From assembly GCA_036339675.1 (NCBI GenBank), contig JAYZAN010000084.1, positions 1 to 34,637 on the forward strand: a stretch of DNA of 34,637 bases, in the 5' to 3' direction. Below the pieces are notes generated by a model. That model was not told where the DNA came from and searched no databases. It was given only the letters and a program-made list of their open reading frames with translations. Below, in pieces: positions 28,723-34,637 of the stretch. The DNA comes from Nitrospinota bacterium. GTDB lineage: Bacteria > Nitrospinota > Nitrospinia > Nitrospinales > VA-1. Within the stretch, counting starts at the first letter, position 1. Each line of letters opens with the position of its first letter. A program made the translations under genes and the position numbers.

Positions 28723-29580
28723 TCAAATAGCGGAATAACCATCAAGAGAACATTTTTTTCTTTTCCAATATCGGTAACAGAGGAAAGTTCCAAAAGCCAA
28801 AATGAGGACCAAATGCAGGGCCAGGTTCTTAACGGTCCAATATTTCTGGAACGTGACGTCCCCGCGGACCTCTCCGGTATAATGTTTGAGCATTTCCGCG
28901 TACTCGATCATCAAATGTACGGGATAGGTTTCCGACTCGCTGTCGGAAAGTTTGCGAACCGACACCTCAAACCGTTTTTCCTCTCCCGCCAGCAGAGTGA
29001 ACCCCATCATCCCCTGAAACTTTTCGGCGATCAAGCCGGGAGGCAGAAGGAGCATCAGCCGGACATTCTTGAAGGATGAAGAGGTATTGAGCAACCATAC
29101 CTTGAGAAGAGAAACCCCCTCCTCCGCGACGGAATCGATTTTACCTTCTATGGTCGACTCGACCGGATCGTTGTAATAAAACGAATCGGTATGGATCTGC
29201 GAAAGGTATTTCCCGCTTTGTTTATCTTTCTGGTATTGCACCATGGCCACCAGAGGATAGCGCCCGTCCCGCGCCACGGGAGGATGATCGGTGTTTTCCA
29301 TTGTGATCCCCTGCCCCGGTTCCAGGCGCATGATTTTCGGCATCATTGCCATGGTATGGTGAAAATGAAACATGGGGTGTACATTGTAGAGAGGTTCTCG
29401 GGACGGGTTCTTCAGGGAAAGTAGAATGCGAACGGTCCCGTTTTCGGCCACGATGGTTTCGGTGGACACCTCCAGCGGGCGCTCCGCGGCAAAAACTGGA
29501 TAGGAAACGCCGGAACAAATCAACACCACCATCAAAACCAATAGCGAACGGCAAAGTTCAAGTAGGGAACACATAAACAA
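28723..29580 (-). CDS. Hypothetical bitopic envelope protein: N-terminal signal peptide, beta-rich ectodomain, C-terminal TM anchor and basic tail. Transcribed divergently from the SPFH operon.
   Basis: 285 aa. N-terminus LLVLMVVLICSGVSYPVFAAE (signal-like). Beta-strand-rich middle (TVRILLSLKNPSREPLYNV; VSLLKVWLLNTSSSFKNVRLMLLLPPG; KRFEVSVRKL). C-terminal LALHLVLILAFGTFLCYRYWKRKK. The topology is like BatD-type or CARDB-like envelope proteins. Confidence 0.55.
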   Translation of the reverse strand: MFMCSLLELCRSLLVLMVVLICSGVSYPVFAAERPLEVSTETIVAENGTVRILLSLKNPSREPLYNVHPMFHFHHTMAMMPKIMRLEPGQGITMENTDHPPVARDGRYPLVAMVQYQKDKQSGKYLSQIHTDSFYYNDPVESTIEGKIDSVAEEGVSLLKVWLLNTSSSFKNVRLMLLLPPGLIAEKFQGMMGFTLLAGEEKRFEVSVRKLSDSESETYPVHLMIEYAEMLKHYTGEVRGDVTFQKYWTVKNLALHLVLILAFGTFLCYRYWKRKKCSLDGYSAI

Positions 29581-29610
29581 ATTGTATCATAGCCGCTAGC
29601 CGAGGGGACA

Positions 29611-29640
29611 GCCAGCCACGCTGGCCCCCGGGCGTGGCCC
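29611..29640. repeat. Two adjacent GC-rich inverted repeats: GCCAGC-CAC-GCTGGC (29611-29625), and CCCCGGGCGTGGCCC (29626-29640), which is the reverse complement of the 15-mer at 10896-10910.
   Basis: Perfect 6-bp stem with a CAC loop, the same architecture as 10894-10908. Exact 15-nt reverse-complement match. Located in the 164-bp divergent intergenic region. Confidence 0.4.
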
Positions 29641-29744
29641 AGTCGGCCCGGGTGGGATTTACCGGGAAAAAACTGGTACCATTGTCGATGGGCGGAAAAA
29701 AACTTTAACTTTTCAGATCCAGCGTCACGCTGGCAGGAGGTTGT

Positions 29745-30509
29745 ATGGACGCAGTGCTTATCGGTCTGGTTGTTCTAGCTGTCTTGTTGTTCAGCGCGTT
29801 CAATATTCTCCGCGAATATGAACGCGGGGTGATATTCCTTCTCGGCCGTTTCTGGAAGGTCAAGGGGCCGGGCCTGATCATCGTCATTCCCGGGATCCAG
29901 AAAATGATCAAGGTCAGCCTGCGGACTGTGGTTATGGACGTCCCCCCACAGGACATCATCACCAAGGATAACGTAACGGTCAAGGTGAATGCCGTTATTT
30001 ATTTTCGGGTGGTTGACTCGAGACGGGCCATCATTGAGGTGGAAGACTATCTGTATGCCACCTCCCAGTTGTCGCAAACCACATTAAGAAGCATCCTAGG
30101 GCAAAGCCAGCTGGACGACCTTTTGTCCAAGCGGGATGAGATCAACTTGCACCTGCAAAAAGTCATTGATGAACAGACTGAACCCTGGGGAATCAAGGTC
30201 GCCAATGTCGAGGTCAAAAACGTCGATCTTCCGCAGGAGATGCAGAGGGCTCTGGCGAAACAAGCGGAAGCGGAGCGGGAACGGCGAGCGAAAGTCATCA
30301 ACGCCCAGGGAGAATTCGAAGCGGCCGAAAGGCTGGGTGATGCGGCGGACCGGATCGGGGCCCATCCCCCCGCTTTACAGTTGAGGTTTTTGCAAACGCT
30401 GCTGGATATATCAACGGACAGGAACACGACCACCTTTGTCCCTATCCCCATCGAATTGTTTAACGCTTTTCTTAAAAACAAACCAAATCCCGGGGATCAA
30501 AATCCCTGA
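29745..30509 (+). CDS. SPFH/Band-7 (stomatin/prohibitin-like) membrane protein.
   Basis: 254 aa. N-terminal TM helix, the characteristic start [16 protein letters not shown], the [22 protein letters not shown] block, and a C-terminal coiled-coil [31 protein letters not shown]. Confidence 0.85.
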   Translation: MDAVLIGLVVLAVLLFSAFNILREYERGVIFLLGRFWKVKGPGLIIVIPGIQKMIKVSLRTVVMDVPPQDIITKDNVTVKVNAVIYFRVVDSRRAIIEVEDYLYATSQLSQTTLRSILGQSQLDDLLSKRDEINLHLQKVIDEQTEPWGIKVANVEVKNVDLPQEMQRALAKQAEAERERRAKVINAQGEFEAAERLGDAADRIGAHPPALQLRFLQTLLDISTDRNTTTFVPIPIELFNAFLKNKPNPGDQNP

Positions 30510-30601
30510 TCGGGAACCTGACCTGTCTGCCTGACCTCAAAGTAACCAATCGAAACTTTGATCCTGGCCCTGAGTGTGTTGTAATAGATAGTGAAGCATC
30601 T

Positions 30602-33600
30602 ATGGACGGATCCCCCCTCATGGAGCCAAAAACCTTCATCGATCAATTTCTCCATCGGGTCCGGCAGGAACGCTCCCGAACTTTTTTGCGCCAGGGGGTC
30701 TATCTCCTCCTGGCGGTCTTGTCAGGGGGCTATCTTCTGGCCAACCTTTGGTTCTATTATTTTCCGCACATCAACAACTTCGGCGAGGTATTTCTACTCT
30801 TGATCGTCTCGGCGGTCGGTGTTTTGATTTACATCTGTTTTATAAAAGGGGCGTTTGCAAAATTCTCGCCGGATCAGGCTGCCCTTTTGACTGAAGCAAA
30901 GTATCCTCAACTGCAGAATTCCCTGATCAACGCCAATCAGTTAAAGCGTCATCTGGATGACCCGGATAACGATAAAAGGACCTCCTTGTTCTTCATCCGG
31001 GAGTTGCTGGGGCAAACCGTCTCTCTCATCCGGGATATAGAACCTGAATCCGTCATAGACAAGAGCCAGACGGTCCGAGCCCGAAGAATTTTATTGGGCA
31101 CGCTGGGCTCCCTGATTTTGGTATCCCTGGTTCTTCCGGACTTCCTCCCCCGTGGGCATGAAAACTGGACCCGGCCCTCAATCCGGGAGAGTCTCACTGC
31201 ATCTTCCGTTCCCGGAGAAAAAAAATGGATGCCTGCATCGTTACAGAACCCGTATTCAATCGAGGAACTTTGGCTGACCTTCAATTACCCCGCTTACACC
31301 CAATTAAAGAGCGAAACCTTACATCCCTCGGACGGGGAAGTCAGGGTTCTGCCCGGAACCGAGGTCCGGATAACGGCCAAAACCAATCTTCCTGTAGAGG
31401 GAGCTGAACTTGTCCTCAACAACCTGGATCATTTTTCTATGCAGAAACAGGAGGGAAACCGGATCAAGGGCAGGTTCATCGTAAAAGAAAAAGGGGTTTA
31501 CCAGTTTCAGATTAAAGAGGCGTCCGGGGATAAATTTTTGCTGGCGACAAAATACCCGATCCACCTGAACAAAGACAATTCTCCCAGCATCATTTTGTTA
31601 CTGGCCAACCCGAAACCCGTATATTTTGAAACCGATAAGGTTCAGTTTTTCTATGAAGGCAGTGACGATTTCGGCATTTCCCGGATCGACCTATTCGCGC
31701 AAGTAAACGGCAAAACCATTCGTAAGGAAATCAAACAACCGAAAAGCACCGAAAAAGTCATCAAAGATGGGTACACATGGAATCTCAACCTGATGCTTTT
31801 AAACCCCGGGGACCAGGTCCAGTATTACCTGGAGATACGCGACAACGACAATTTATTCGGCCCGAACACCGGTCACTCGGAAACCTTTTCGTTCACCGTT
31901 TTCGATTCCAGGAAGGAACGGGAAAACCTGATCTTTCTCCAGGAGGAGTTGATGGAAAAAATGATTGCCCTTTTGGGAAACAACCTGGTGCGAAACGCAG
32001 TCCTTTTGGAATCCCCATCCGATCCGATGAGCTGGAAACAGCTGTTCTCGTCCAACACGGATGCGCTGATCGACATCATCAATCAGGCCCAGCGCATCAA
32101 GGACCGCGCGGAATCGATCGACCGTTTTCCGCAGCCCTATTTCAATTTGCTGAACAACCTCATTTCGAGCCTGACCCGTATTCGCGAAGATCAAATTGAT
32201 GAAACCACCAAAATTCAAAACACGGTCCAAAAACCCACTCAGGCGGAATACAATATCGAACAGGCTTCCCTAACCAGCAATAAACTGATCCTGAACCTGG
32301 AACAGAACATTCTATACCTGATCAAAATGACCAACCGTCAGAAAATGGACCAGGTGATGGACCTAGAGAAGCGTCTGTCCGAACTCACGGAATCGTTGAG
32401 GGAGGAGTTTGAAAAAATCAAAGATAAAAAGAGCGTTCCACGCCCCCTGGAATTGAAAGCGAAAATTGAACAGATGCAGCAGACATTGCAGAAAATCATG
32501 GAGCAGTTGGCGAGCCAGTCCCAGAGTCTGCCCGATGAATTTCTCAATTCCAACGCTTTCAAATCCATGAACCTGCAGAATTTCAACGCGGCCCTCGAGA
32601 AGCTGAAGAACCTCGCGGCTCAGGGAAAGTTTGAAGAAGCCCTGGAGGAATTGAAAAAACTGGCCGACGACCTAAAATCCCTCGCCAATCAGCTGGACCA
32701 GCAGAACCATCAGTTGGACGAGCTCATAGACACGGAGCTCATGGAGCAACTGGAGGAAACCTCGAAGAAACTGGACCGCCTCGAGAAAGACCAGAAAGCT
32801 TTGGTCGGAGACACCACCCGTCTCAACCAGTCCATGAGAACTCGCCAATCCAAAAAATTCGAGGCTGAAATAAAAAATCTTTTTAAGGAACTACTGAAAG
32901 ACGTCAACCAAATTCAGGACATTTTTCAAGAAGACGAAAAATACCTGGACAACCATCCGGTCATGCAGACCTTGAAAGAATTGACGGAGAAAGAAATCAA
33001 GCTCAACGAGAGAATTCAGGATATGAGGCAGAAGACCGTAGAGCCCAGCCTCAGTGAAGGCCTGGAAGCGAATTTCAGGGCTTTGAACAAATCCCGCAGG
33101 GAATTGACCCGCCTTTTGAAGGAAAAAGATTCCCTGCGCGTCAAAGAATTCCAAAAGTATCTGGAATCCCTTCCCAACGTGAATGAGAAATACCGCAATC
33201 TGGAAGAGTTGGCCGAACTGAGGGACCTGAACGAGTTCAACCATCTATTCAAGAACACCTATCCCGAGACTTTCCGCCTGCAAAACAACCTGAGAACGAC
33301 GCCCAACCGCCGGGAAGACCTGGCGGATCGAGTGGACAGCGATCTTCGGGAAGTGACCCGGCTGAACGGGGAAATCTCGAAGAAACTAGGCTCAACGATG
33401 CGGGAACTCAGGGACAACTACCCGTCCATGCTCACCCAGAAAGACCGTTCCCAGCTCACGGAAATGGCCCGCCGGCAAAATCAGATGGAAGGCGAGTCCA
33501 GAGACCTGTCCGAGCAGTTTTCAGAAATGAACCAGCAGAACCCGACCATCTCCCCCGACCTATCAAAAGGAATGTCCCGGGCCGGCAACCTCATGAAACA

Positions 33601-33955
33601 GGCTGAGAACGATTTAAATGGCCAGGATGTCCAGGGAGGGGTGGAATCGGAAAACCGGGCCCTGCAGCAGATCAGGAAAACGCGCGATTTGCTGGATGAA
33701 ATCAAAAACACCAACAATCAGATGCAGAGAAACGCGCAGCGGAAAACACCCCTGAAGCTGGGAACGGGAAGCGCCCGCGACCCCAGACGGGGAGGCTCGG
33801 TCCGAATGCAGAGGGAAAGGGTACTTCTCCCCACGGAAGACCAATACAAAGTGCCGACCGAGTTCAGGGAGGAAATCCTAGATGCCATGAAACGGCAGAC
33901 ACCTAAAAATTACGAGCGGATGGTCGGCGAATACTATAAGGAACTGGTGAAATGA
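30602..33955 (+). CDS. Giant (1117 aa) membrane-anchored coiled-coil protein of unknown function.
   Basis: Two N-terminal TM helices (VYLLLAVLSGGYLLANLWFYYF; VFLLLIVSAVGVLIYICFI), a third hydrophobic segment (ILLGTLGSLILVSLVL), a roughly 250-aa beta-rich region, then roughly 650 aa of E/K/L/Q/N-rich heptad-like sequence, and a C-terminal segment ...YKVPTEFREEILDAMKRQTPKNYERMVGEYYKELVK. No catalytic motif seen. Confidence 0.8.
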   Translation: MDGSPLMEPKTFIDQFLHRVRQERSRTFLRQGVYLLLAVLSGGYLLANLWFYYFPHINNFGEVFLLLIVSAVGVLIYICFIKGAFAKFSPDQAALLTEAKYPQLQNSLINANQLKRHLDDPDNDKRTSLFFIRELLGQTVSLIRDIEPESVIDKSQTVRARRILLGTLGSLILVSLVLPDFLPRGHENWTRPSIRESLTASSVPGEKKWMPASLQNPYSIEELWLTFNYPAYTQLKSETLHPSDGEVRVLPGTEVRITAKTNLPVEGAELVLNNLDHFSMQKQEGNRIKGRFIVKEKGVYQFQIKEASGDKFLLATKYPIHLNKDNSPSIILLLANPKPVYFETDKVQFFYEGSDDFGISRIDLFAQVNGKTIRKEIKQPKSTEKVIKDGYTWNLNLMLLNPGDQVQYYLEIRDNDNLFGPNTGHSETFSFTVFDSRKERENLIFLQEELMEKMIALLGNNLVRNAVLLESPSDPMSWKQLFSSNTDALIDIINQAQRIKDRAESIDRFPQPYFNLLNNLISSLTRIREDQIDETTKIQNTVQKPTQAEYNIEQASLTSNKLILNLEQNILYLIKMTNRQKMDQVMDLEKRLSELTESLREEFEKIKDKKSVPRPLELKAKIEQMQQTLQKIMEQLASQSQSLPDEFLNSNAFKSMNLQNFNAALEKLKNLAAQGKFEEALEELKKLADDLKSLANQLDQQNHQLDELIDTELMEQLEETSKKLDRLEKDQKALVGDTTRLNQSMRTRQSKKFEAEIKNLFKELLKDVNQIQDIFQEDEKYLDNHPVMQTLKELTEKEIKLNERIQDMRQKTVEPSLSEGLEANFRALNKSRRELTRLLKEKDSLRVKEFQKYLESLPNVNEKYRNLEELAELRDLNEFNHLFKNTYPETFRLQNNLRTTPNRREDLADRVDSDLREVTRLNGEISKKLGSTMRELRDNYPSMLTQKDRSQLTEMARRQNQMEGESRDLSEQFSEMNQQNPTISPDLSKGMSRAGNLMKQAENDLNGQDVQGGVESENRALQQIRKTRDLLDEIKNTNNQMQRNAQRKTPLKLGTGSARDPRRGGSVRMQRERVLLPTEDQYKVPTEFREEILDAMKRQTPKNYERMVGEYYKELVK

Positions 33956-34637
33956 GACCCCTTTATCTATCAGTAAGGGTCCTGATCCTTTTAACGGTTA
34001 TGGTACTCCCATTCGGAGCCAGGGCCGAGATATCGATGGGGCCCGATGAAATATTCGATGGTCACAAGCTTATCGAAGATTGGGATATCGCCGAGGCGGA
34101 ACGGCTGACTCTAAGACTCCTGGAAAATTATCCCGAATCCGGGGACGCCCATTTCCTCAACGCGCGGGTCCAGTTCATGACGGGCCATTACGATTTCGCC
34201 TGGAACATCCTGAAACAGGTCGAGGACTCTCACCGGTCCGTGAAGGAATTTAAAACCCTCGCAAAAAACACCCGCGAGGCCACCAGGAATTTTATCTCCC
34301 AAGAATCGAAACATTTTATTTTCCTGTTCGAGGAGGGGCCCGATGAAATCCTGGCCCACTACGCCGAACAGGCCCTGGAAAAATCTTACACGGTTCTTGG
34401 AAAACTACTGAATTACTATCCGGAAGAAAAAGTCCGGGTCGAAATCTATCCCGACCGCAAAAAATTTTCCCGGATTTCCCCTTTGACCTTGAAAGACATC
34501 GTGACCTCCGGAACCGTCGCTTTATGCAAATACCACCGGATCATGATGATCTCTCCGGGATCTTTAATTCGGGGCTATAACTGGCTGGACACCCTCAGCC
34601 ATGAATACACCCATTATCTCCTCACCAAGAAAAGCCA
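33952..34637 (+). CDS. Secreted zinc metallopeptidase candidate (HExxH), translationally coupled to the giant protein. The gene continues past the window edge.
   Basis: ATG at 33952-33954 overlaps the upstream TGA (ATGA). Hand translation gives MRPLYLSVRVLILLTVMVLPFGARAE (signal peptide) ... and the frame is open to the edge, with LSHEYTHYLL (HExxH) at residues about 220-226. Confidence 0.6.
   Translation, partial: MRPLYLSVRVLILLTVMVLPFGARAEISMGPDEIFDGHKLIEDWDIAEAERLTLRLLENYPESGDAHFLNARVQFMTGHYDFAWNILKQVEDSHRSVKEFKTLAKNTREATRNFISQESKHFIFLFEEGPDEILAHYAEQALEKSYTVLGKLLNYYPEEKVRVEIYPDRKKFSRISPLTLKDIVTSGTVALCKYHRIMMISPGSLIRGYNWLDTLSHEYTHYLLTKKS

Noticed and set aside
28711-29424. Plus-strand ORFs of 122 and 77 aa
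   Set aside because: They are antisense to the signal-peptide/TM-anchored protein gene 28723-29580, whose topology features support the minus frame.
30949-33844. Short minus-strand and alternate-frame ORFs inside the giant coiled-coil gene
   Set aside because: They are shadow frames of an uninterrupted 1117-codon ORF.

Overview
Chromosomal, gene-dense bacterial window with no rRNA, tRNA, CRISPR or obvious mobile element. Main blocks, left to right: (1) a group-I biotin ligase gene (birA-like). (2) A minus-strand operon of a J-domain protein (apparently frameshifted) followed by two tandem Slp-family lipoprotein paralogs. (3) A divergent membrane protein, a DnaJ-like gene with a reduced zinc finger, and a translationally coupled small membrane protein. 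(4) A DUF1566 (Lcl-like) protein with lysine/alanine/proline-rich tails, a small hypothetical protein, and an 'orphan' OppB/OppC-type ABC permease pair with no binding-protein or ATPase gene nearby. (5) A UbiD-family decarboxylase gene and uvrA. (6) A Phd/YefM-ParE toxin-antitoxin cassette whose antitoxin carries an in-frame TAA stop codon. (7) A complete F1Fo ATP synthase operon on the minus strand (atpZ-B-E-F-H-A-G-D-C). (8) An unusual ferredoxin gene. (9) The run holB - PSP1/RicT - metG - TatD::radical-SAM fusion - DUF423. (10) A roughly 730-bp AT-rich non-coding gap. (11) The most interesting locus: a divergently arranged module encoding a signal-peptide/C-terminal-TM beta-rich protein, a stomatin-like SPFH protein, a 1117-aa membrane-anchored giant coiled-coil protein, and a translationally coupled secreted HExxH metallopeptidase that is cut by the window edge. 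Several repeated or palindromic non-coding motifs are flagged as candidate regulatory sites: a 12-13-mer present three times around the opp/ubiD intergenic regions, short GC-rich hairpins with a CAC loop in two intergenic regions, and a triple GAAC direct repeat upstream of uvrA.
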